Origin: a virus
Taxonomy: Duplodnaviria; Caudoviricetes
Strand: one strand, 5' to 3'
Virus record (IMG/VR): IMGVR_UViG_3300029286_000065
Location: 1-48,238 of that record
DNA length: 48,238 bases
Each line of letters starts with the position of its first letter. The stretch's first letter is position 1. Shown piece after piece: positions 28,326 through 37,694 of this stretch. The translations under genes and the position numbers were made by a program. The notes beneath the pieces are model-generated. The model was not told the origin of the DNA, searched no databases, and worked only from the letters and a program-made list of their open reading frames with translations.

Positions 28326-28643
28326 ATGGACATTTTAGACAATATTTTAGATGATGAAAACCCCGAATTATTATATACTTTTGATTTTAAATCGAAATTC
28401 AAACTGATAGACACAAGAAACGGAGTACATATTACATTCACTTATTTATTTAAACGTGGATTAACAAAAGATGAAATTAAATTTTTAGAAAATGATTTTT
28501 TTAAAAAATCAATTGATGTTAGAGATATATCAGGTTTAGAATTGAGTGATTTTAATATGAGTAAAACCTATACCGCTATTTTTTCATTGTTTTATTCAGA
28601 TGATAATAAATTTGATTGTTTTTTACACCACATCGTAAAATAA
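28326..28643 (+). CDS. Hypothetical protein
   Basis: 105 aa; preceded by TATAAATA and AAGGAG. Confidence 0.65.
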   Translation: MDILDNILDDENPELLYTFDFKSKFKLIDTRNGVHITFTYLFKRGLTKDEIKFLENDFFKKSIDVRDISGLELSDFNMSKTYTAIFSLFYSDDNKFDCFLHHIVK

Positions 28644-29228
28644 TTAATCTGGAAAATCATAAGTTGGACTAAAAACATCATCTAAATCTAAATTTTTAAT
28701 TTTTGATTTTTTTTCTATTTTTTTCAATTCTATTTCTTCTGGTGTTAAATCCTCTTCATCAAATTCAATTTCTTTTAATTTGGTTGGTCTTTTATTTGAC
28801 ATTTTATTTAAATCATAAAGTATTTTATATGTTAATTTATATTCTTCTTTATTATTATTGACCAAAATCAACGTTACAGTATATTTCCTTTTTTTCATAG
28901 CACCAAATCCCAATAATCCTCTACTACCATCGGGTGTTGCCGCTAATTCAAGTATATTTTCAGGTTCCAATCTACCATCAGATTCATTTATACCAAAAGT
29001 TATTTCATCACCATTAATAATAGGTTTTTTAACTTCAGCGAAATTCATTTGAAGAATTTTTTCAACTGATTTTAAAACTTCTTCTGGAAAATCGGTTGAT
29101 TTGGTGTCTAAGTCAATTTTATCCCCATAATCGGATAATTCTTGATCATCGTCATTATCATCGTCATTATTTTGAATATTCAAATTTTCTTTTACGAATG
29201 TTTTATAATTTTTAAGTGATTTTTTCAT
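28644..29228 (-). CDS. Hypothetical protein with a capsid-targeting-like leader
   Basis: MKKSLKNYKTFVKE; acidic tracts; late motif at 29256. Confidence 0.7.
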   Translation of the reverse strand: MKKSLKNYKTFVKENLNIQNNDDDNDDDQELSDYGDKIDLDTKSTDFPEEVLKSVEKILQMNFAEVKKPIINGDEITFGINESDGRLEPENILELAATPDGSRGLLGFGAMKKRKYTVTLILVNNNKEEYKLTYKILYDLNKMSNKRPTKLKEIEFDEEDLTPEEIELKKIEKKSKIKNLDLDDVFSPTYDFPD

Positions 29229-29255
29229 AGTTTTTATTTTTTTTTAACTTTATTT

Positions 29256-29264
29256 TATATATTA
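29256..29264 (-). promoter_or_regulatory. Putative late promoter TAATATATA
   Basis: Exact motif upstream of ATG 29228. Confidence 0.6.
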
Positions 29265-29285
29265 AAAAATAAAACGATTTTTTCA

Positions 29286-30893
29286 TTACAATTTAGATAA
29301 TCTACCCAAAACTGTCTGTTTCTTACCCATATATTCATCATGGTTTTTGATTTCTGCAATTGCTGATATAATATCACCAACATAAATATTTTGTGTATCT
29401 TCCATATTACTTTTCTTAACAACGAATTTAGGATTGATAATTCCAAATTTTGTAAAAATGTTTCCGTTTTGGTCTTTTAATTTATAAACATTAGACCAAC
29501 CATATTGAGTTTCAAATCCGCCAATATGAATAATTTCAAGATTTTCCAATTTCATTTTTTCACCAATAACCCCAACCCATTCAGATTCTTGTTTAATATT
29601 CGCATATAATTTACCAAAATAAAAAGAACAAGCTCCACTAATATAGTAAATTAAACGAGTCTTAACATAACCCATTTTTATAAAATTTGATGCGTTAAAC
29701 AAGAAATTATTTTCCTTGTTTTCTTCAATATAATCAATTACATCTTGGATCTGTGGATCATTATCACGAATTGTCTCTAATCTTGGATAATATACATCAT
29801 TACAAAAATCTTTCCAACTACTATATTCATCCCTATTGTTTATTCTTGGTGGTGTATTGGCGTATGATACATCCCCTTGAACAGATTGAGATGTTGATGA
29901 TACAAGTTTAATATTAGGATTTGGATTCTCTTCCATTTTTTTGGAATTTATCTTTTCCGCTGTGGATTTAGACATATAACCCCTATTCTTATACCACCAA
30001 ATATAATATCTAATGATTTCATTAACCGAAACTGTATCTTCTACCCAACGACCACCACCCATTCCATCATAATCATCATCAAAACCACCACCATCATTAT
30101 CCCAACTTTCAGAAATGAAAGAAATATCTGTCAAATATGTTAAAACTTTTTCGTAATCGTAACCAAGATAATTTTTGATACAAGTTCCACCAACTTTAAT
30201 AATGGAACCATCTTTTATTTTTTGAATGAAAACCGTTTTTTTACGATAAATATTTTTATGACAGTGATCACATTCTGATTTTTCCATGTTGACCATATCA
30301 ATCGGAATTTGTTGTCCGGGTGCTGGTTTTAATAAATTGTCAATGTAATCAAAAGTTCCTAAAATGATCCATTCATCTTCTGGTTTAATGACTGTTACCA
30401 TTGTTAAATCGTAAACTTCAACATCTTTGGAAACGATTTTCCAAGGGGATTTATCTTTTCCATCCAATTTTGTTTTTAATGTTGATTTTACTTGTTCAAT
30501 TTCCGATAAATCATCGGTATAATTTTTACCATTTGAAAAATTTTCACGATAATAATTGATACTATGATCACCATATGAAACAAAAGTATAATATTTTTTT
30601 GTTTCAATGAGTTTCAGAATAGGAACCGGAATTTTAATGAATTTACAAATTCTTGTGACTCTTTTGATAATCTTATCAAAAGTTGCTTTCTTGTCATCGT
30701 ATTTCGAACCGGCTTCACCACCAACTGGAATTTCAATTTTCTTTGTTTCTAATGTATAAAACAATTTAATGTTCTTGCCATCACTAACTTCTTGAACCTG
30801 ACTTTCTTCTTTCAAAAAAGTCTGGTAATCATTTACGATTTTTTCCATTTGGTTTAAGTTTGATGATACAAAATTACGATATTTATAGTTCAT
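29286..30893 (-). CDS. Phage protein with a Zn finger and a C-terminal OB-fold-like domain; capsid-targeting-like leader
   Basis: CDHC...R...VGGTC..YLG; SEWVG.IGE...ETQYG...H.EY.G.KQT.L.R; MEKIVNDYQTFLKE from ATG 30848. Confidence 0.65.
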   Translation of the reverse strand: MNYKYRNFVSSNLNQMEKIVNDYQTFLKEESQVQEVSDGKNIKLFYTLETKKIEIPVGGEAGSKYDDKKATFDKIIKRVTRICKFIKIPVPILKLIETKKYYTFVSYGDHSINYYRENFSNGKNYTDDLSEIEQVKSTLKTKLDGKDKSPWKIVSKDVEVYDLTMVTVIKPEDEWIILGTFDYIDNLLKPAPGQQIPIDMVNMEKSECDHCHKNIYRKKTVFIQKIKDGSIIKVGGTCIKNYLGYDYEKVLTYLTDISFISESWDNDGGGFDDDYDGMGGGRWVEDTVSVNEIIRYYIWWYKNRGYMSKSTAEKINSKKMEENPNPNIKLVSSTSQSVQGDVSYANTPPRINNRDEYSSWKDFCNDVYYPRLETIRDNDPQIQDVIDYIEENKENNFLFNASNFIKMGYVKTRLIYYISGACSFYFGKLYANIKQESEWVGVIGEKMKLENLEIIHIGGFETQYGWSNVYKLKDQNGNIFTKFGIINPKFVVKKSNMEDTQNIYVGDIISAIAEIKNHDEYMGKKQTVLGRLSKL

Positions 30894-30900
30894 AAAAAAA

Positions 30901-31055
30901 TTATTTCGTTTCTTTTTTAACCAATGTTACTAAATTGTCTAATGAATCTAAAATATCTAATTTTTCACCATCAGTTGTTCTTTTCCAATCTGAAGTTTTT
31001 TATAAGTTTGATTATCAGATTCGGTTATTAATTGAAATTCTTCTAAATGTTTCAT
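30901..31055 (-). pseudogene. Small tagged ORF, possibly frameshifted
   Basis: MKHLEEFQLITE...MVKN* (31055-30957); the -1 frame after an A6 run continues TSDWKRTTDGEKLDILDSLDNLVTLVKKETK* to 30901. Confidence 0.4.
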
Positions 31056-31468
31056 TATTTTATATAATTTAATTTATTTAAACCACTGTAAATATCTGAT
31101 ATTCTACATTTTAACACAACTTGTTTCTTTTGTGAAGTCCATGATGTAGATTTTGAATCAACAATGAAAGCTACAATATAAATTAAATCTCCACGTTTAA
31201 CTTCCTTCTGTAAATCTGTTTGAAAAACTGGACTACCACTAATAGCTTCTTCAAGTTTTTTAATTCTTTCTTTATCCGTAATAATGTCTGTAATTTGTAA
31301 AATTTTTATTGGTTCTGTAATTTTTTCAATTTCACCATTTTCAAGTTCACGTAGTGCTGTAATATCATCAGACAAAGGTTCGAATTCCATTGTTTTTTTG
31401 AATTTTTTAACTTTATCGTCTTTAAATTCAGAAAATTTAGTTGTTATATTTGTTTTCTCTTTACTCAT
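31055..31468 (-). CDS. Hypothetical protein with a weak capsid-targeting-like leader
   Basis: 137 aa; ITTKFSEFKD. Confidence 0.65.
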   Translation of the reverse strand: MSKEKTNITTKFSEFKDDKVKKFKKTMEFEPLSDDITALRELENGEIEKITEPIKILQITDIITDKERIKKLEEAISGSPVFQTDLQKEVKRGDLIYIVAFIVDSKSTSWTSQKKQVVLKCRISDIYSGLNKLNYIK

Positions 31469-31775
31469 TTGATTTTTTCAAGGTGATTATTTTATAGTCA
31501 TCAACATTTTCAATTTTTGATATTGAACTCAATGGAAACATACTTGGATTAGCAACTGGTGTTATTTCAGGCCAATATTCAACCAATCCATTTTCTTTTG
31601 GATTTTTATGTTGAAAATAAATTATTTGTCCAATAACATACATATAATTATGATTGTCAAATTTAAATAAATCACCAGATTTTAACCCCCTACAATATTC
31701 ATCTGGGACAATATCAAATTGATTATAATTTAACATTTCGTTTATAAATGTTTTAAATTTCTTTATTCTTTTCAT
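31461..31775 (-). CDS. Hypothetical protein with a capsid-targeting-like leader (start corrected to ATG 31775)
   Basis: MKRIKKFKTFINE; the late motif at 31801-31809 lies between the track start and this ATG. Confidence 0.7.
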   Translation of the reverse strand: MKRIKKFKTFINEMLNYNQFDIVPDEYCRGLKSGDLFKFDNHNYMYVIGQIIYFQHKNPKENGLVEYWPEITPVANPSMFPLSSISKIENVDDYKIITLKKSNE

Positions 31776-31800
31776 TTTATAATGATTATTTTTCTTTAAG

Positions 31801-31828
31801 TATATATTAATTTTTATTTTAATATATA
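31801..31828. promoter_or_regulatory. Back-to-back divergent putative late promoters (31801-31809 minus, 31820-31828 plus)
   Basis: Two exact TAATATATA copies pointing at ATG 31775 and ATG 31857. Confidence 0.65.
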
Positions 31829-31856
31829 ATAATAAAAAAGAAACAAATATAACAAA

Positions 31857-32855
31857 ATGAAAAAACAAACAAATAAAGTTAAAAAATTTAATCAATTTGT
31901 AAATGAAAATATTATTGTTATTGATTATATATTAGATAAAATTAACAAACATGGTATAGAATCTTTATCTGAAAAGGATAAAGATGTGTTAAACGGTGTT
32001 TATCAGAATAAAAAAATAGATGTTTCTCTAATAGAAAATGAAATCTTTACGATGTTATGTAATAATGAAGATGAAGATAATATATTATTTGATATAGAAG
32101 AAGAAACAAATATACATAGTCATGATATATTGCCAATATACTATTATTGTAAAAAAGTTTATGATAACATAGAAGAACTATTTAATAATTTAAGTGAATC
32201 TCCAAGTGTATATGATTTTTTTGAATTTTTTGTTTCTTATAATACTGATAGTTATTTATCATTATTTAATAACGATAAAGAATGGATTATAACTAAATCA
32301 TTTAAAGAATCCTTTGAAAATGAAGATATAGATTTAGATGATGAAGATTTTGATAATATGAAATATGATATAATTAAATGTTTTGAATTAGAAGAAATAA
32401 AGGATAAATTTGGAACTTTCAATCTAAATAAAGAAAAAGAAATATATTCAGACCAAGATATATCTAAACCAGAAAATTTTATACCCAAATCTGGAGATGT
32501 TGGATCAAAAATGAATGGTGGTTTACTAGTTAACAAGGAACAAAAATTAATTGTTTCTGAAATCGATTTGGGTCAGACTGATTGGGAAAATGCTAAAAAA
32601 TTATGTTCCGATTATAGGGGTGGTGGTTTTAATGACTGGCGTTTACCGACTAAAGATGAACTAAACCAAATTTATTTATTATATAAAATGAATGTTGATA
32701 ATTTACTTCCCCATTCCTATTGGAGTTCCTCAATACATTTATCTATTTACTATTGGGTGCAGTATTTTGTCGGTGGACATCAGAACTTCACTAATAAGAC
32801 TAACAAGTTTTGTGTTCGTCCTGTCAGGAATTTTATTAATTGTTCATTAAATTAA
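31857..32855 (+). CDS. Tagged protein with a DUF6576-like helix, an acidic region and a C-terminal DUF1566/Lcl C-type-lectin-fold domain; candidate DGR target
   Basis: VKKFNQFVNE; IDYILDKINKHGIESLSEKDK.VL; W.NAK..C...GGFNDWRLPTKDEL...YWSSS...VRPVR. Confidence 0.8.
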   Translation: MKKQTNKVKKFNQFVNENIIVIDYILDKINKHGIESLSEKDKDVLNGVYQNKKIDVSLIENEIFTMLCNNEDEDNILFDIEEETNIHSHDILPIYYYCKKVYDNIEELFNNLSESPSVYDFFEFFVSYNTDSYLSLFNNDKEWIITKSFKESFENEDIDLDDEDFDNMKYDIIKCFELEEIKDKFGTFNLNKEKEIYSDQDISKPENFIPKSGDVGSKMNGGLLVNKEQKLIVSEIDLGQTDWENAKKLCSDYRGGGFNDWRLPTKDELNQIYLLYKMNVDNLLPHSYWSSSIHLSIYYWVQYFVGGHQNFTNKTNKFCVRPVRNFINCSLN

Positions 32856-32914
32856 ACAATTGTACAAATCAATCCAATCACATTTCATTTTAAAATTCCA
32901 TCTTTAAATAAAAA

Positions 32915-33229
32915 ATGAAATATTTATTAAACAAAATTAAATTTTTTCTGATATACAATAAGAAAAAAGTTATCGTTATGAACATTCAATTTGTAAATTA
33001 TAAAAAATTTGAAATAGAAAAAAATGATTTTTCTGTTTCAGAAGAAACTGGTGAAATGATAAAAGGTGAAAAGAAAATAAGTGTGGTGTATATGGGTTCG
33101 GTGTCATTTTCACCGGATCGTATCATCGATTTTTTAAAAAATTTAGAAAAACAATGTACAATAGGTAAAAGAGAAGTTTATATATATGAAAATTCAACTT
33201 GTGAAGATTTTTGTTATGCTATTGTATAA
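32915..33229 (+). CDS. Hypothetical protein (start may be the internal MNIQFV)
   Basis: ORF track; the N-terminal part is low complexity. Confidence 0.55.
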   Translation: MKYLLNKIKFFLIYNKKKVIVMNIQFVNYKKFEIEKNDFSVSEETGEMIKGEKKISVVYMGSVSFSPDRIIDFLKNLEKQCTIGKREVYIYENSTCEDFCYAIV

Positions 33230-33243
33230 TATCAGAATAAATA

Positions 33244-33798
33244 TTAAATTGTAATTTTATTTTTATTACTTATGAATCTTGGAGAAGCCTTCGAAATATA
33301 AAAATCAAAATTTGAATTTTTCTTCTTTACTTTCTTCAATATATCAATAATAATTTTGTCAATATTTGATTTTGATTTACCTTCAATTCTTCTATATCCA
33401 CTTGAACTGAAACCAAAGTCATTAGTTTCTTCAATTCTATTCAATAAAAGGAAATTTGGATCATCATAAATATTATTATTTGTTAATTTAATTTCTTTGT
33501 TCATCCATCCATGAGAAAACGGATTATCTTCCTTTGCAACATATAAATTTCCATCAATATCAACTATCACTCTAACATTCGGTTCGAAATTATCCAATGA
33601 TTTTGGATTTTTATAAACAGGTGTTGAATATCGAATGTCATTAAAACCAGACCCATTAACATAACCAAAAGGTTTTTCTTCTTCATCTTCATTGATGTAT
33701 TTATTCGTAGTATCAGGTATATTAAATTCTCTTTGTGCATATTTATCCGCGACACCCTCTAATTGTTTAAAATTTTCAAAAGTTTTTAAATTTTTCAT
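33244..33798 (-). CDS. Hypothetical protein with a capsid-targeting-like leader
   Basis: MKNLKTFENFKQLE. Confidence 0.7.
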   Translation of the reverse strand: MKNLKTFENFKQLEGVADKYAQREFNIPDTTNKYINEDEEEKPFGYVNGSGFNDIRYSTPVYKNPKSLDNFEPNVRVIVDIDGNLYVAKEDNPFSHGWMNKEIKLTNNNIYDDPNFLLLNRIEETNDFGFSSSGYRRIEGKSKSNIDKIIIDILKKVKKKNSNFDFYISKASPRFISNKNKITI

Positions 33799-34109
33799 TT
33801 TTTCATTAAAGGTTTTTCAGATTTTTTATCTGAATCACTAAGATTTTTAGACACTCTAAATCTCCACTTATCTATTCTTTTTAATTTATCTTTCTTTTTC
33901 TTATCACCGGAAAAAAAATCACTTTTAACATTAATTGGTACAAGTCCTAACAAATGTTTATCACCTGTGGGGTGTCCAATCACATCTATGATGGTATTAC
34001 CATTAGATAATTGTGTTGGATTGTTATTAAATCCACTACTATTACTACCGTAACCAACATTACGATAATCTTCTTTAATGAATTCACTATATGTTAAAAT
34101 TTTATCCAT
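33795..34109 (-). CDS. Hypothetical protein with a basic tail and a capsid-targeting-like leader
   Basis: MDKILTYSEFIKE, close to T4 IPIII MKTYQEFIAE. Confidence 0.7.
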   Translation of the reverse strand: MDKILTYSEFIKEDYRNVGYGSNSSGFNNNPTQLSNGNTIIDVIGHPTGDKHLLGLVPINVKSDFFSGDKKKKDKLKRIDKWRFRVSKNLSDSDKKSEKPLMKK

Positions 34110-34124
34110 TTCTTTAATTTTTCT

Positions 34125-34133
34125 TATATATTA
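34125..34133 (-). promoter_or_regulatory. Putative late promoter TAATATATA
   Basis: Exact motif 15 nt upstream of ATG 34109. Confidence 0.6.
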
Positions 34134-34171
34134 ATTTTTTTATCTCAATAATTTTTATATATCTTTATATT

Positions 34172-34930
34172 ATGAAAAAAATTTTAACTATTGGAGATTT
34201 GCACGGCAGAACTATTTGGAAAACATTTGCTGATATTAAATTTTTACTTACAGCAGAAATTGGTACAGCTGGTTATGCACCATTTGAACCCGATTATGAT
34301 TTGTTTATTTTTCTTGGTGATTATACGGATTCGTTTACTGAAAGTAATGAAACTATTCGTGAAAATCTTTTAGAAATCATTAGATTCAAAACTTTATATC
34401 CTAATAATGTTATTTTGCTTTGGGGTAATCACGATATTGAATATTATTTAAATAAACCTTGGTTACCGTTAAAAACTGCAATTAGTGGATTTCGATCTGA
34501 AATGCATTATGATATATATGAAATTTTTAAAAAAAATGAAAATCTTTTTCAAGTTGCATTTCAAATAGAAAATTATATTTTTTCCCATTCTGGAATTCAC
34601 TTTGATTGGTATTTTCATGTTTTCACCAAAGCTATCAAAGATATGGGGTGGGATGATTTAAGTGTTGCTGACCAAATCAATAATGCATTTAATCAACGTA
34701 TAGATTGTGTATTTGATGTCGATCATTATCGTGGTGGTTATAAAAAAGTTGGAGGACCATTATGGTGTGATAAAAGATTGATGGAAAAAAAACCACTAAA
34801 AAACACAAGACAAATTTGTGGACATAATCCAGTTAATGATATAACAACTATTAATATAAACGATAATACCAGTATAACTTTTTGTGATGTTTTGCATAAG
34901 AAAAATACTTATTATTCACTTAATATTTGA
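34172..34930 (+). CDS. Calcineurin-like metallophosphoesterase
   Basis: GDLHG, GDYTD, GNHD, SHSG and GH motifs. Confidence 0.9.
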   Translation: MKKILTIGDLHGRTIWKTFADIKFLLTAEIGTAGYAPFEPDYDLFIFLGDYTDSFTESNETIRENLLEIIRFKTLYPNNVILLWGNHDIEYYLNKPWLPLKTAISGFRSEMHYDIYEIFKKNENLFQVAFQIENYIFSHSGIHFDWYFHVFTKAIKDMGWDDLSVADQINNAFNQRIDCVFDVDHYRGGYKKVGGPLWCDKRLMEKKPLKNTRQICGHNPVNDITTININDNTSITFCDVLHKKNTYYSLNI

Positions 34931-35483
34931 TAATATCAATTATTTTTATTTGATTACTATCAAAAACAATCCAATCATATCTATCTGGTTTATCACCATA
35001 ATATTCAATTTCATTCAAATATTCAATAGAATCATAACCTTCCATTTTTAAATAAGATTTATAATAAAAAGATAGTGTTTTATTTTCAACAATATTATTA
35101 TCCAACATTTCATCAACAATAGAATCTTCATTCATGGATATTGTATGATATGGGAGTTTTAACAATTCATCCAATTCTTCTGTTTTTATATTTAAAAGAC
35201 CAGTTTCATCTCCCCACTTTAACATATTTCTAACTAAATCACCTTCATTTATTTTTAATGTTTTATTAACGGTTATTTCTACTTCATAAATAACCTTATC
35301 AGGTTTTTTTGCAAATTTATTTGCCACATCTTTATTTGGTGTAAAATGATAACCAAGATAACTCAACAAATGATTATCTTTTCCCAGTTCATTCTGATTA
35401 AATTTATTAAATAAATGTCTGGAACCATGATACAAATGGGGAATTGATTCGTTTTTTTCAAATATTTGGAAATTGGTTATCAT
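34920..35483 (-). CDS. ADP-ribosyltransferase-like (ART-PolyVal-type) protein, tagged; start likely ATG 35483
   Basis: MITNFQIFE; LYHGS...F..F...LG...GYHFT....A..FA...GYDSI.Y.NE.E...F...QIK; ATGA overlap with the upstream paralog. Confidence 0.65.
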   Translation of the reverse strand: MITNFQIFEKNESIPHLYHGSRHLFNKFNQNELGKDNHLLSYLGYHFTPNKDVANKFAKKPDKVIYEVEITVNKTLKINEGDLVRNMLKWGDETGLLNIKTEELDELLKLPYHTISMNEDSIVDEMLDNNIVENKTLSFYYKSYLKMEGYDSIEYLNEIEYYGDKPDRYDWIVFDSNQIKIIDIIKY

Positions 35484-36079
35484 GGATTTAACATTGGTTT
35501 TTGATCCCATACGTGGATTATTTTTATTTGATTTTCATTGAATGCAATCCAATCGAATCTATCAATTTCAGGTAATTCTATTTCATTTTCATATTTAATT
35601 GAATCATAACCTTGTTTAATTAAATAATCTTTATATGACAAAGATATTTTTTTAGAATCTTCGGATTTTAAATATAACAATTTATGAGATATCGTTTCTT
35701 GTGATATTTCATAATAAGGTAATTTTAAAATTTCATCAAAAATTCTATTTTGTCGGTTAAAAATATATTTATTTATTATATTATTTTCAACACCAAATTT
35801 TAACATATTTCTAACTAAATCACCCTCTTTAATTATTAATGGTTTGTTAACTTTTAATTCAACTTCATAAATAACATAATCTGGTGGGTTCATAAATCTT
35901 TCAGCAACAATTTCATCTTCAGAAAAATGACAACCCAAAAAACTCAAAAGATGACCATCCTTACCTAATTTATTGAAATCAAAGAGTTCAAATTTGGTGG
36001 AACCGCCATGAAATAATGGTCCAACAGTATATTTGGTTTGTTCATTTAAGAAATTTTTATAATACAATAGATGGTTCAT
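35480..36079 (-). CDS. ADP-ribosyltransferase-like protein, tandem paralog of 34920-35483, tagged
   Basis: MNHLLYYKNFLNE; LFHGG...GCHFS...GYDSIKYENEIE...FNENQIK; shares EGDLVRNMLK with its neighbour. Confidence 0.65.
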   Translation of the reverse strand: MNHLLYYKNFLNEQTKYTVGPLFHGGSTKFELFDFNKLGKDGHLLSFLGCHFSEDEIVAERFMNPPDYVIYEVELKVNKPLIIKEGDLVRNMLKFGVENNIINKYIFNRQNRIFDEILKLPYYEISQETISHKLLYLKSEDSKKISLSYKDYLIKQGYDSIKYENEIELPEIDRFDWIAFNENQIKIIHVWDQKPMLNP

Positions 36080-36779
36080 TGTTCTTCGGTTTTATTTTTA
36101 TGTAGAATGAAATATCATCTTCCGAATCATCTATATAAGATTCAACTTTTTTACCCCAAGGAAATTTATTACACCAATCGGTAAAATATTTGTCTAAATC
36201 TTTTTCTTCTTTCAATTGATCTTTCGAAATAATTTTTCGAAGTCTTTGTGTTGTGATTATTGTAATAGTTTTACTTTTTTTATCTTGAAATAGATTTTTT
36301 AAATCCTTTTTAACTTCTTGTAATATTTTTAATGTTCTGGTATTTGTTTCCGACAGAACCCCATTAATTAATATTAGACATTTATAAGATTTTATACTTC
36401 TCACTTCTTTATCTTTCACTTCAAATTGTCCGGTTTTATAAATTATGTCTGTCATATCATTGTAAAAACCATATTCGATCATATTATTTCTAATACCAAA
36501 ATAAAAAGATAATCTTTCGGTATTTATTTTTTCATAAATATTAAATGTATTAATATTTGAGTCTTTAAATTCAAAAGCATCTGATATATCAATTGGTTTT
36601 TTAATTATTTCGGTTCTGAAAAAATAAAGAAAATTTCCAGTATTTAAATAATTACTAGTTTTAACAAAAGAAAAATTTAATTCATCCAATGTATGCAAAA
36701 ACATGTAAAAACCAAAACGACCATCTATTGGGTGATTTTGATTATTCTCTTTTATATATGTCAAGAAGTCTTTTACCAT
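36057..36779 (-). CDS. Hypothetical protein with a capsid-targeting-like leader
   Basis: MVKDFLTYIKE. Confidence 0.7.
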   Translation of the reverse strand: MVKDFLTYIKENNQNHPIDGRFGFYMFLHTLDELNFSFVKTSNYLNTGNFLYFFRTEIIKKPIDISDAFEFKDSNINTFNIYEKINTERLSFYFGIRNNMIEYGFYNDMTDIIYKTGQFEVKDKEVRSIKSYKCLILINGVLSETNTRTLKILQEVKKDLKNLFQDKKSKTITIITTQRLRKIISKDQLKEEKDLDKYFTDWCNKFPWGKKVESYIDDSEDDISFYIKIKPKNNEPSIVL

Positions 36780-36784
36780 ATGGT

Positions 36785-36793
36785 TATATATTA
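36785..36793 (-). promoter_or_regulatory. Putative late promoter TAATATATA
   Basis: Exact motif only 5 nt from ATG 36779. Confidence 0.55.
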
Positions 36794-36803
36794 AAAAATA
36801 AAA

Positions 36804-37505
36804 TTATTTTTTAATGACATAATAATATGTATTTGAATCTGGGAAGAATTTACTTTTGCCAATTAATAAATCATATTTATCTTTAAAGGAATCTTTAATA
36901 GATTTATTATAAAATTTTATTTTTTGGGGGTTGTTTGTGTCTGAAATCATGTAAATGGGATTGACCAACTCATCTATCATTTTTAACAAAATATACGATA
37001 AAGCATTAAATATTTTGATAGTATCACCCAATTTTGTTTCTTTTTCAACAATATTTTGTAATTTTAAAAACTCTTTTTCATAATCTTCTAATTTTAATTT
37101 TGATAATTCTTTTTCAAAATTATCATATTGTTTTTTAGTTGTAAAAAATATATTATAAACAACTTCATTATGAAATAATTCATTATCTTCTATCAAATAT
37201 TCTAATACTAAAATATAATCTATATCATTCACAGTAAAAAAACATCTAATATCTTTTCCATTTGAAAATCTTAACGACTTAAAATAATTAAAACCGAAAT
37301 CAATATAATTTGGATAAAATTTTATTTCATTTATTAGACACATATATCTATCATATGTAAGAATTCCATGTTTAAATTTTTGTTCTGGGTGATAATTCAT
37401 TTTATTACCAAAATACTCTCTTATTTCATCCGTTGATTTTTTTTCTTTAATCATTTGACGATATTTATCATTTACTTCTTTTGTCCAAATCTCATTAAAT
37501 TTCAT
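36804..37505 (-). CDS. Hypothetical protein
   Basis: 233-aa ORF. Confidence 0.7.
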   Translation of the reverse strand: MKFNEIWTKEVNDKYRQMIKEKKSTDEIREYFGNKMNYHPEQKFKHGILTYDRYMCLINEIKFYPNYIDFGFNYFKSLRFSNGKDIRCFFTVNDIDYILVLEYLIEDNELFHNEVVYNIFFTTKKQYDNFEKELSKLKLEDYEKEFLKLQNIVEKETKLGDTIKIFNALSYILLKMIDELVNPIYMISDTNNPQKIKFYNKSIKDSFKDKYDLLIGKSKFFPDSNTYYYVIKK

Positions 37506-37550
37506 AAATAATTTTTTATTCTTATATGTTATTAATTTTGAATTGTTTAA

Positions 37551-37694
37551 ATGTTAATTTCTAAAACATCTTCTATTTGTTTCATTAAAATCAAACCCAA
37601 TAACAAAAGATGTTATGACAATCAATCAGAAAAAGAAATATTAGTGTTTGATACATTTTATTCGGATATTTTAAAAATTGAAATTATATCTTAA
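37551..37694 (+). CDS. Possible 47-aa ORF or gene remnant
   Basis: Hand-read MLISKTSSICFIKIKP...DNQSEKEILVFD...IEIIS* filling an intergenic gap. Confidence 0.25.
   Translation: MLISKTSSICFIKIKPNNKRCYDNQSEKEILVFDTFYSDILKIEIIS

Noticed and set aside
31776-31895. Hydrophobic N-terminal extension of the track ORF 31461-31895 as a signal or membrane anchor
   Set aside because: It spans the divergent promoter region and overlaps the opposite gene; ATG 31775 with the shared leader is the better start
32839-32861. DGR-type hairpin downstream of the VR-like region
   Set aside because: Only a weak AT-rich 7-bp stem, expected by chance at this composition
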